Source: a candidate division WOR-1 bacterium RIFOXYB2_FULL_36_35
Lineage (GTDB): Bacteria > Margulisbacteria > WOR-1 > XYC2-FULL-46-14 > XYC2-FULL-37-10
Assembly (NCBI GenBank): GCA_001771505.1
Contig: MEUA01000027.1
Span: 81-64,080 of the forward strand
DNA: 64,000 bases
Direction: 5' to 3'
Below, piece after piece: positions 36,210 through 44,983 of the stretch. The translations under genes were made by a program, and so were the position numbers. The notes under the pieces were generated by a model. That model ran no database searches and was not told where the DNA came from. It was given only the letters and a program-made list of their open reading frames with translations. How positions within the stretch are numbered: the stretch's first letter is position 1; every line of letters begins with the position of its first letter.

Positions 36210-38066
36210 ATGGTTTTTCAAATAGAAAAAAGACACTCTCAAAGGATGCTCCCCCATTATAATATGGGAACAAGAAGTGTCCCCCTGCGGAAGGAAACAA
36301 ATTATTCTGCAGATGATCAACGACTGCTAAAAGAGCTTAAGGGGCAAGGGGCTATAAATTCAAAATCCATTTTATTGAAAAAAATCACAAAACTAATGAC
36401 AGAAAACCCTGATGCTTTTGCAAATTTAAAAATACGCGAACTCTCTCACGGAGAAAGTATAAGAAATTTTTTATCGGTTGAAGAAAACAGAATGTTAGTC
36501 AGAAATATATTAATCTGGCGGTTTAGTGAAATTCCAACAACAGTGACAAGCGCAACAACCCCGGTGACAGACGACCCTTTGGTCTTAAGTACTCTAAAAT
36601 GGGCGGGAATCCGCGTCATAGAAACAATGGAAAGAGAAATTCGACAAATTGACGATCTCTTAAGTAGCAGCAGAATTTCTCCCGCAAACAGAAAAAAACT
36701 CGAAGCTTATCGACTAGCGCTAATTAACGCAGCAACCGAATTTTCAAGACAGAGCTCTACCCCTTTTGAACCTTTAAGAGAAGAGCAGCTATTAAAGAAA
36801 GAAATAATTCAATCCGGGTACATGGGAATGCTCGTCGAAATCGGCGCGGGGACTGAAATAGCTAGGAGTGTTTTTTCTGATGGGGGTACCTCAAGATATA
36901 TATCAAGTACTGCCTCACTTTATAATCAAGCAGATAGAGACCGATTTCTTGAGCAGGCGACAAATTATCCTTCAGTCTCTTCAGACATGGCGTTGGCATT
37001 AGCAAAAAAAGCCATGGGAAATGCGGCAAAAACGAAAAAGGACGGAGCGGTTTTTGGCCTTGCTTTAACAGGGGCGACACAAACAGATAGAACACGTAAG
37101 GGACAAGATCATTTTTACTTGGCATTATGCGGGACAGGAAAGCCCGATGTTATAATCCACGGCGTTTATCAAAATCAAGAGAGACAAAACCAGCAGATTG
37201 CCACAGGGAGATTCGGCCTAGCCTCTCTCCATCAATTTTTAACACGGGAACCCTTTTCCATAGAGAATATAAAAGCCGCGACTTCCGGGCTAATTTCGAT
37301 AGACCAGATATTTGTTGAAACAGATTCGACGTTTGATCATATCTGCAGAAATATAAGACTTGTTCAAACAGGACTTTCAGATCTTGTCCTGTTTTCCTCA
37401 AATGGACTGGTTCAAGATATTCCGTCAATGACCCGTGAAAAAAAAGAGATCTTTTTATATAAAGGCTCTTTTAATCCACCGACAACAGGCCATATAGAGG
37501 TTTTAGAAAAAGCTTTAAATCTAAGCGGGCAGGCAGAAGTTTTATCTTTACCTGAGATATCAACAACCATCGTCTCAAAAGGAGAGGCAACTTTAGAAAA
37601 TATGGCGCATCGCATTTCCATGTTTAATCTTCTTGGATATCCTGTTCTGGTTACCAATCAAACACGCTTCTTCAGTTTAGCCGAACTGCTCAGAACAAAA
37701 TCGCAGGGGAAACTCACCTTCCTTTGCGGAATGGACACACTGGTTAGAATAATGGAACCGGCATATTACGCAGATTTGCACGGAAAGGCCTTTGAGGCAA
37801 TTGAAAGACTATTTAAAGATAACACATCTTTATGGGTCGCGGACAGGTTTGATAAAACAAGAGGCTGGTGTACAGTCAGACAATTTTTAAATTCCGCGGA
37901 AAGCGGCCCTCTCAGGGGCTATGTAACAGGAAGCATAAAGAGACTAAAGGTTAGGGTGGCAAGCGCGTCAAGCGAAGAAAGAGAAAAGATAGGAAGAGGA
38001 GAAGAACCCTCTCATATCTCAGCAACAGTTAGAGAGTATATAAAAACTCACAGTCTATACAGCTAA
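36210..38066 (+). CDS. Multidomain protein: unknown N-terminal region, CinA-C/PncC-like middle region, NadD-type nucleotidyltransferase C-terminus
   Basis: C-terminus has GSFNPPTTGHIEVLEKA, FLCGMDTL and ends VREYIKTHSLY (NadD-like). The middle part, VEIGAGTEIARSVFSDGGTSRYISSTASLY and AVFGLALTGATQTD, parallels the PncC protein at 22497. Confidence 0.6.
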   Translation: MVFQIEKRHSQRMLPHYNMGTRSVPLRKETNYSADDQRLLKELKGQGAINSKSILLKKITKLMTENPDAFANLKIRELSHGESIRNFLSVEENRMLVRNILIWRFSEIPTTVTSATTPVTDDPLVLSTLKWAGIRVIETMEREIRQIDDLLSSSRISPANRKKLEAYRLALINAATEFSRQSSTPFEPLREEQLLKKEIIQSGYMGMLVEIGAGTEIARSVFSDGGTSRYISSTASLYNQADRDRFLEQATNYPSVSSDMALALAKKAMGNAAKTKKDGAVFGLALTGATQTDRTRKGQDHFYLALCGTGKPDVIIHGVYQNQERQNQQIATGRFGLASLHQFLTREPFSIENIKAATSGLISIDQIFVETDSTFDHICRNIRLVQTGLSDLVLFSSNGLVQDIPSMTREKKEIFLYKGSFNPPTTGHIEVLEKALNLSGQAEVLSLPEISTTIVSKGEATLENMAHRISMFNLLGYPVLVTNQTRFFSLAELLRTKSQGKLTFLCGMDTLVRIMEPAYYADLHGKAFEAIERLFKDNTSLWVADRFDKTRGWCTVRQFLNSAESGPLRGYVTGSIKRLKVRVASASSEEREKIGRGEEPSHISATVREYIKTHSLYS

Positions 38067-38088
38067 TCAAAATAGAAAGCCCGTAATT

Positions 38089-40830
38089 TCAAAAATCCAA
38101 AGTTCTTAGGGCGGAAAGATAATCTTTTAAGATCAAAACTCTCTCTTCATATTCCTGAAGTTTTGTCTTCTCTTTTTGGATAGAACCTTCTGTAGCGTTT
38201 TTTATGAAATTCTCATTTCCCAGTCTCTCTTCAATCTTTTTTATTTGAATAAGAAGAGACTCAAAATCTTTTTGCAAGCGTCCACTCTCTTTATCGAAAT
38301 CAATTAACCCGTAAAGAGGGATACCAAACTCAATCTCTCCTGATTTTACCGTAACCGTATTCTTAGGATATGTTTTTAAGTTTTCAACAGAAGAAACTTT
38401 CGCAATCGGTTTTAGATGGGCTGCCAATCTTTCATCAATTACGATATCTCCCCCTGCTATTGTAATCAGTCGAATCTCTTTGCTGTGTGGAATATTTAAT
38501 GTTCCTCGTAAATTTCTAATCACCCGTACTAATTCTATAAATTTATTCATCTCTTTTTCCACAGAATCATTAACAAGCTTTTCATCCGCAACAGGCCAGC
38601 TTTGAAGCATTAAGGATTCTTCGGGCTTAGGAATCCCCCTTCTGTGTAAAATCTGATAAATCTCTTCTGTTTCAAATGGCATAAAAGGATGAAGAAGTTT
38701 TAATATCCCTTCTAAAACCAAAATGAGGAGAGATTGAACTGTCTCTTTTTTCTTTTGATCTTCTCCGTAAAGTCGTACCTTTGCAAGTTCAACATACCAG
38801 TCACAAAATTCCGACCATATAAAATCATAAAGAAGCTTTGACGCCTCCCCTATCTGATAACTATCAAGATATACTGTAGTCTGGCTTATAACCCTATTAA
38901 ATTTTGATAAAATCCACTTATCTGCCAATTCTAAAGATTGTGGCTGCAATCTGTTGTCTGTCGTCTGTGGTCTGTCATCTGTCCCCATTAAAACAAACCT
39001 GCTCACATTCCAGATTTTATTCGCAAAGTTTCGGGCTTCTGTAATTTTTTCCTCTGCAAGTTTAATATCCTGCCCACCGCCTGTGGCCAAAGAAGTAAGC
39101 GCAAACCTTAAAGCATCAGCTCCGGCATGCTCTATAACTTCAAGAGGATCTATCACATTGCCAAGAGACTTACTCATCTTTTTTCCGGTAACATCCCGAA
39201 TTAAGCCATGGATAAACACAGTACTAAAAGGCTCTTTTTTCATGAAGTGCATCCCTGTCATAATCATTCTAGAAACCCAGAAAGTGATAATGTCATAACC
39301 TGTAACCAAAACAGAGGTTGGATAATAATTTTTAAGATCATCGGTCTTGTCCGGCCAGCCCAAAGTAGAAAAGGGCCATAAGGCAGATGAAAACCAAGTG
39401 TCAAAAACATCGGGATCCTGTTCTAACTTTGTCCCTCCACATTTAGGACATTTTTCAGGCTTTACTTCAGAGACTATAATCTCTCTGCATTCATTGGACA
39501 TTGGTAATTGGTCATTGGATATTTCCCTGCATGTCCACACGGGGATGCGATGCCCCCACCATAATTGTCTTGAAATACACCAATCTTTTAAATTGGTCAT
39601 CCACTGAAGATAAACCTTTGCCCATCGCTCCGGCAGAAACTTTATCTTCCCCTCTTCAACAATTTGTATTGCTTTTTCTGCAAGAGGTTTTATTTTTATA
39701 AACCACTGGTCAGACAAATAAGGTTCAATAGTCGTCTTGCAACGATAACAAAGTCCAACAGAATTTTGATAATCTTCTATTTTTTCAAGGTACCCTTTCT
39801 CGGAAAGAAGCTTGACTAATTCCTCACGAGCTTTAAAACAGTCAAGGCCTTCTAAAGTATTGACCAATCCTTTTTCTTCGTCAGGAAATTCATTCAAAGT
39901 TATTTTTGCCTCGGCAGTTAAAATATTAATTTGAGGGAGATTGTGTCTTTCTCCTATTTCATAATCGTTAGGATCATGAGCAGGAGTAACTTTTACAGCT
40001 CCAGTGCCAAACGATGGATCGACAAAATCATCTTTTATAACCGGAATTTTTCGATTAACTAAAGGGAGAATAAGAGTTTTTCCTATCAAATGCTTATACC
40101 TTTCATCCTTTGGATTAACAGCAACGGCAGTATCGCCAAGCATTGTCTCCGGTCTTGTGGTAGCAACTGTAATGTATTCTTGATTTTTCTGTAAACTATC
40201 AACTGTACACTGTACACTGTATTTTATATACCACAATTTCCCACTCTTCTCCTGGTACTCCGTCTCAATATCAGATAAAGCTGTCTGGCATCTAGGACAC
40301 CAATTAATAATCCTCTTCCCGCGATAGATAAGCCCTTCTTTATATAAAGAGACAAACTCTTTTGCCACTGCTTTTGATAAGCCGTCATCCATGGTAAACC
40401 GCTCACGAGTCCAATCGCAAGATGCGCCAAGCCTGCGAAGCTGCATGGTAATACGGCCGCCATATTCTTTTTTCCACTCCCAAACTTTTTCTAAGAATTT
40501 CTCGCGCCCAAGATCTTCCTTTTTCTTCCCTTCTTTTTTCAAGGCTTTTTCAACAACATTTTGCGTAGCAATCCCTGCATGGTCAGTCCCCGGGATCCAA
40601 AGGGTTTTAAACCCTTTCATTCTTTTGTATCTTATAAGGGCATCCTGCAGAGAATTATCAAGAGCGTGACCCATGTGAAGAGAGCCTGTAACATTTGGCG
40701 GAGGAATAACAATTACAAATGATTCTGCGGAAGAATTGTCATCTGGAGAAAAAAGTTTGTTTTCTTCCCAAAATTTATACCATTTCTGTTCAACAGCTTT
40801 CGGATCATAGGCTTTTGGAAGTTCACTCAT
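38089..40830 (-). CDS. valS: Valine--tRNA ligase
   Basis: 913 aa. HMGHAL (HIGH), KMSKSLGN (KMSKS), ATTRPETMLGD, C-terminal coiled coil. Confidence 0.97.
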   Translation of the reverse strand: MSELPKAYDPKAVEQKWYKFWEENKLFSPDDNSSAESFVIVIPPPNVTGSLHMGHALDNSLQDALIRYKRMKGFKTLWIPGTDHAGIATQNVVEKALKKEGKKKEDLGREKFLEKVWEWKKEYGGRITMQLRRLGASCDWTRERFTMDDGLSKAVAKEFVSLYKEGLIYRGKRIINWCPRCQTALSDIETEYQEKSGKLWYIKYSVQCTVDSLQKNQEYITVATTRPETMLGDTAVAVNPKDERYKHLIGKTLILPLVNRKIPVIKDDFVDPSFGTGAVKVTPAHDPNDYEIGERHNLPQINILTAEAKITLNEFPDEEKGLVNTLEGLDCFKAREELVKLLSEKGYLEKIEDYQNSVGLCYRCKTTIEPYLSDQWFIKIKPLAEKAIQIVEEGKIKFLPERWAKVYLQWMTNLKDWCISRQLWWGHRIPVWTCREISNDQLPMSNECREIIVSEVKPEKCPKCGGTKLEQDPDVFDTWFSSALWPFSTLGWPDKTDDLKNYYPTSVLVTGYDIITFWVSRMIMTGMHFMKKEPFSTVFIHGLIRDVTGKKMSKSLGNVIDPLEVIEHAGADALRFALTSLATGGGQDIKLAEEKITEARNFANKIWNVSRFVLMGTDDRPQTTDNRLQPQSLELADKWILSKFNRVISQTTVYLDSYQIGEASKLLYDFIWSEFCDWYVELAKVRLYGEDQKKKETVQSLLILVLEGILKLLHPFMPFETEEIYQILHRRGIPKPEESLMLQSWPVADEKLVNDSVEKEMNKFIELVRVIRNLRGTLNIPHSKEIRLITIAGGDIVIDERLAAHLKPIAKVSSVENLKTYPKNTVTVKSGEIEFGIPLYGLIDFDKESGRLQKDFESLLIQIKKIEERLGNENFIKNATEGSIQKEKTKLQEYEERVLILKDYLSALRTLDF

Positions 40831-40869
40831 ATGTTAATATTAACATGAATTGAAGCTTGCGAAAAGTTT

Positions 40870-41886
40870 TTAGAAATGAGCTATAGTAGTTTCCAGCCAA
40901 TGTATAGTCACTTCATTTGCAGGGTCATACGCAACTTTTTGCATAGATTTTAAAAGCTCCAGCTTATATTTAGCAGATTCCAAAGCAAGAGTCTCTAATT
41001 TTTTATGAATCCAATCCATTCCAATTTGAGGGAAATTAACATTAAGCTTCCAAATTTTCTTTGTTAGTTTTCTTATCTTTCGTGAATACGCTTCAAATTC
41101 TTTTTTAGATCCGGAAAACACCCTGTTTAAATGTGCATCTTTTAATATCGCAATTAACTTTAAAAAGGCTATCTGCTGTGCCGATTTCTTGATATTTTGA
41201 AGATCTTCTTTTGTCAACCCGAGCCTTTTCAGCCCGAGTTTAACCCTTAATAAGCGCCAATTAATTATTAACAGTTTTAACCATGAATCCTCAAGGATAT
41301 TTCCGATCTCAAGGATCTTACATTCATCAAGAAGTAAAATTCTCCCTTTTTCTTCTTCTGTTAGTCCGGAAGCCAGCAATAAATTACCCTCAGAATCAAT
41401 ATTAACTTTTTCAAGTTTCCAGCCGGAAATATCTATCTTCAAGTCTTTGGCCAAATCAATTAATTCTCTAATTTCAGGTTGTAAAACCACCATCAAAATA
41501 CCTCGAAGGACATTATTTTCTAAATTAAATAAAAAAGAAAATACCCCTTCATCTTTAGGTCTCTCTGCCCATTCAAAAGGGCGAATAACCCCTTTCTGAC
41601 TGCCGATAAAGGCTCTCTTTTTTTTAGGGGATTCTTCTTTTTTCTCTCTCTTTTTCTCTTCATCCCCATCATATTTTTTTATTCTTTCAACAGCAGTTGA
41701 ATCTACAAGCTGCTGAATAAATTCTTCCGCTTTCTCCATGTCAATTTTCGCATCTTCATATTTCATTTTAATGTTTGTAGGTCTAAGTTCCTTCTCAAGC
41801 CCAGACACAACCATCGCTGAAGAAGCTGCAAAAGACTCTTCTCCCATTCCGGGAGCTATATTTTGTCCTGCTATTCCATATACCAT
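40870..41886 (-). CDS. Hypothetical protein (338 aa)
   Basis: Uninterrupted ORF with a Lys/Glu-rich segment. No recognisable motif, no clear SD. Confidence 0.5.
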   Translation of the reverse strand: MVYGIAGQNIAPGMGEESFAASSAMVVSGLEKELRPTNIKMKYEDAKIDMEKAEEFIQQLVDSTAVERIKKYDGDEEKKREKKEESPKKKRAFIGSQKGVIRPFEWAERPKDEGVFSFLFNLENNVLRGILMVVLQPEIRELIDLAKDLKIDISGWKLEKVNIDSEGNLLLASGLTEEEKGRILLLDECKILEIGNILEDSWLKLLIINWRLLRVKLGLKRLGLTKEDLQNIKKSAQQIAFLKLIAILKDAHLNRVFSGSKKEFEAYSRKIRKLTKKIWKLNVNFPQIGMDWIHKKLETLALESAKYKLELLKSMQKVAYDPANEVTIHWLETTIAHF

Positions 41887-41930
41887 ATCTATTTAATAAA
41901 TCGTATTATTATGCCAAAAACTTGCAGACT

Positions 41931-41994
41931 CAAGATGGATCCTCGCTTTCGCGGGGATGACAAATTGCAAAAACTGTCATTACGCAACAGTCTC
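41931..41994. mobile_element. Family-B MITE, half copy
   Basis: caagatggatcctcgctttcgcggggatgacaaattgcaaaaactgtcattacgcaacagtctc. The left half is missing. Confidence 0.8.
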
Positions 41995-42038
41995 AAGATG
42001 GAAATTGCAACTGGATATCCTAGTTTTTTAAGAAAAAT

Positions 42039-42056
42039 GGGTGAATAATCGGGGTT
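42039..42056. repeat. Family-A terminus (solo)
   Basis: gggtgaataatcggggtt followed by aa. The TAA stop of the 347-aa ORF lies at its end. Confidence 0.7.
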
Positions 42057-43098
42057 AAAGATATTTTAGTCTTTCAGCAAATTCACCCTGAATCACTTGG
42101 GCCAGAGATTCTTCTCCTATAGTAATCAAAAACGCAATAAGATTCTCAGAAAAGTCTTCATATTCCAAATCATAAATAACAGGAGTAAACTTTAAAACAG
42201 ATTTACGAACACCAGCAACATATCCATCTTTAATCATCAAATAAGCCCGACCAAGAATTTCTTTTCTCATGTAATTTTTTATTGAAGAGTTAAGCCCCTG
42301 TACTTCATGAAGCATCTCCCAAATTTCAGCAAGGACGCTAAATCTTCTGGGAGCTCCCTTTTGCAGCATAAAAACAAGGGTTTTCAATATTCCTCTAATT
42401 ATTATAGGATTAAGCTCAATCTCGGGGTCAACGCCAAAAACATTTACACCGGAGCTTTGTACCCCAAACATTTTTGGCAAGGGGCGCAGCCTCACAGCCA
42501 AAGCATTAGAAATTGCATCGCGTATTTTCAAATCTTCCAGGAAAATCTTCCCTTGCATTATCAAGTCACTTAAAACAAGTATAATCTCATAAAGAATAGC
42601 AACAGTTGCATCCGGCAAATCTATAAAAGGTTTTAACTCTCCCCCCAGCTCCAAAACGTGGCAAACATCAATCGCAACCCTAACCGTTATTTCAGGGTCA
42701 GTCCCTTCCAGCAAAGCGGCTAATGATCCCCCCGCCTCAAAAGCAAGGCCATTAAGTCTCCCAAATAAAATATAATCTGAAAATTCATTTTTGATTAAAT
42801 CAATTTTATGGCTCTCTCCAGAATGGTAATCGGAGGCCTTATCTTCGAGTAACCGCAAAAAGTCTATTGGCAAAACAACACTTCTTTTGGCTTGTATCAT
42901 ATTTAATACGGACAGTTTTCGTCTGTTCGGCAAAGAAGTCAAGGCAGCAACAGGGAGATCTATCTTTTGATAAAAACACTCCCTTTTTCTGTGCTCTGCT
43001 TTTTGGATTGGTTTTTTGTAAGGAATAGCTCTATTTAACGGCAAATTCCCTTTCATTGCTATCATAAAATTATCTTTATTTTCAATCTCTAGAAACAC
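42055..43098 (-). CDS. Hypothetical protein (347 aa)
   Basis: Uninterrupted ORF with no motif. Start is uncertain (GTG 43098 or ATG 43065). Confidence 0.5.
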   Translation of the reverse strand: MFLEIENKDNFMIAMKGNLPLNRAIPYKKPIQKAEHRKRECFYQKIDLPVAALTSLPNRRKLSVLNMIQAKRSVVLPIDFLRLLEDKASDYHSGESHKIDLIKNEFSDYILFGRLNGLAFEAGGSLAALLEGTDPEITVRVAIDVCHVLELGGELKPFIDLPDATVAILYEIILVLSDLIMQGKIFLEDLKIRDAISNALAVRLRPLPKMFGVQSSGVNVFGVDPEIELNPIIIRGILKTLVFMLQKGAPRRFSVLAEIWEMLHEVQGLNSSIKNYMRKEILGRAYLMIKDGYVAGVRKSVLKFTPVIYDLEYEDFSENLIAFLITIGEESLAQVIQGEFAERLKYL

Positions 43099-44122
43099 AT
43101 ACTCTGTTTATAACCCTAGTTATACCGGTGAACAAAGTCCCTTCTATCTCATCATCTCTTTTCACTCCAAAGACCTCTCTTAAAACTCCTTTATCAATAT
43201 GTCGAGTTGCTTTTCTAACTAAATACGCAATTTGATCAACCTTAGGTTTGCTTTTCATAAACCTCTCTTCATTTCTTATGTCCTCATCTTTAATCTGTAA
43301 TTCGATAAATTTAGCCAAAACACTGCTTTGCAGGCTTCTAAATCCCCGATCATCAACAACCCATGAAGTATCATCTTTCACGGAAAAATCATCTCTGAAT
43401 TTTTTTGACATCCACGATACTGCTTTTTCCACAAAAAGCGCAAATTTTTCTAAATTATCAAAGTTATTCATATCCCCAAATTTATGTTTTAATTTATCAA
43501 CAAGATCACTTAAAATTTCTCCACAAAATTGAGCCTTTGTTGTCTCGTCACCCCTTTCCTTGATAAGAGCGCTAAATAAAATAGCTACGCTCATCCCAAG
43601 CACTTCAGGATCTGTAACTACACTGTCAGCAATAAAAGAAATAGCCTTTCTTCTATCAAACTCTCTTCTATAAAATTCGCTTGATTCTAAAAGTTCATGC
43701 CCCAAACAATAAGATTGCTCAAGTTTTTTCATTGTATCCCTAGAGCAAAAAGATTCGTCGATAACGCCTTTTGTAAAATCACTCTCACCCTTCCGCCAAA
43801 CATACAAAACAGGAGAAGAATATGGCGATATCTCAGCAATATCAACAAGAAGTCCGCTTGCTATGCTTAATATATCCGGAGAAGGCAAGCTTGCTCGAAG
43901 AGTTGCAAGGTCTCGAGGACTTTGTATCTTCATTAAAACAGAACTATAAACAAATGCCCTACGACGCGCAATATCGTTTATTGGAATCTGATTCCATCCT
44001 TCTCTCAAACTCCCAGACAAAGGAAACGATTCGTCAGCTCTTCTACAAGAAAACCTGGCTTCCGTCAACCGCTGCCCTCTCAAACCTCCAGTATCGCCCA
44101 TTCCACTTATCCAAGTAGTCAT
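43082..44122 (-). CDS. Hypothetical protein (346 aa)
   Basis: SD AAGGGGG about 10 nt upstream of the ATG. No confident motif. Confidence 0.55.
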   Translation of the reverse strand: MTTWISGMGDTGGLRGQRLTEARFSCRRADESFPLSGSLREGWNQIPINDIARRRAFVYSSVLMKIQSPRDLATLRASLPSPDILSIASGLLVDIAEISPYSSPVLYVWRKGESDFTKGVIDESFCSRDTMKKLEQSYCLGHELLESSEFYRREFDRRKAISFIADSVVTDPEVLGMSVAILFSALIKERGDETTKAQFCGEILSDLVDKLKHKFGDMNNFDNLEKFALFVEKAVSWMSKKFRDDFSVKDDTSWVVDDRGFRSLQSSVLAKFIELQIKDEDIRNEERFMKSKPKVDQIAYLVRKATRHIDKGVLREVFGVKRDDEIEGTLFTGITRVINRVCVSRD

Positions 44123-44150
44123 AAATTAAATACCCCCTTGATTACTCTAT

Positions 44151-44294
44151 GAGACTGTTGCGTAATGACAGTTTTTGTAATTTGTCATCCCCGCGAAAGC
44201 GGGGATCCATCTTAACCCCGATTATAATAATCGGGGTTGTTTTATGAAAAATAGATTCCCGTTTTCACGGGAATGACCATTATGCAACAGTCCC
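44151..44294. mobile_element. Family-B MITE with a family-A hairpin nested inside; 5-bp TSD
   Basis: TIRs gagactgttgcgtaatg / cattatgcaacagtccc. Flanking tctat (44146-44150) and tctat (44295-44299). Internal aaccccgattataataatcggggtt at 44214-44238. Confidence 0.9.
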
Positions 44295-44375
44295 TCTATA
44301 ATCTTATATCGCACAAAATGTCAGAAAAGTTGCATGGAATTTTAGTTCTATCCTATGATAGAATAGGTCATTTGT

Positions 44376-44942
44376 ATGAAGTTTAAATTTTCAAAAACAG
44401 ATATTTCAGGAGTTTTAGTAATAGAACCAAACGTTTACAAAGACTATCGCGGTTTTTTTATGGAATACTACAATAAAGATGCCTTCAAAACTGACGGCAA
44501 TTTTACAGACTTATTTGTTCAGGATAACCACAGTAGATCGCAAAAAGGGGTTATAAGAGGGCTTCACTATCAATTAAATCCTCATGCCATGGGAAAACTC
44601 GTAAAAGTGGTAAGAGGGGAAGCTTTCGATGTCGGCGTTGACATTAGAAAAGGATCTAAAACTTTTGGAAAATGGTACGGAGAGGTTTTAACGGCAGAAA
44701 ACCATAAAATGCTCTACTTCCCTCCCGGATTCGCGCACGGGTTTTTGGCGCTTACAGATAATGTTGAATTTCTTTATAAATGTACGGGGATGTACAACGG
44801 CCCAAGCGAAAGGGCCATAGCATGGGATGATCCTGATATCGGGATTTTATGGCCGCTTGATAAAGTTGACGGGAAAGCTCTTCTTTCTGATAAAGACAAA
44901 AAACACCCTAAATTAAAAGAAGCCGAACACAACTTTATTTGA
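44376..44942 (+). CDS. rfbC: dTDP-4-dehydrorhamnose 3,5-epimerase
   Basis: 188 aa. RGFFMEYYN, QDNHSRSQKGVIRGLHYQ, FPPGFAHGF. Confidence 0.93.
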   Translation: MKFKFSKTDISGVLVIEPNVYKDYRGFFMEYYNKDAFKTDGNFTDLFVQDNHSRSQKGVIRGLHYQLNPHAMGKLVKVVRGEAFDVGVDIRKGSKTFGKWYGEVLTAENHKMLYFPPGFAHGFLALTDNVEFLYKCTGMYNGPSERAIAWDDPDIGILWPLDKVDGKALLSDKDKKHPKLKEAEHNFI

Positions 44943-44983
44943 GGAGAAATTCCCTTTTCCGTTTAAAAAGAGAGGTTGTTTTT

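Noticed and set aside
43199-43216. RKATRH in the 346-aa orphan, which fits the loose HEPN Rx4-6H pattern.
   Set aside because: A six-residue pattern without the surrounding helical context is expected by chance. It is not used for annotation.
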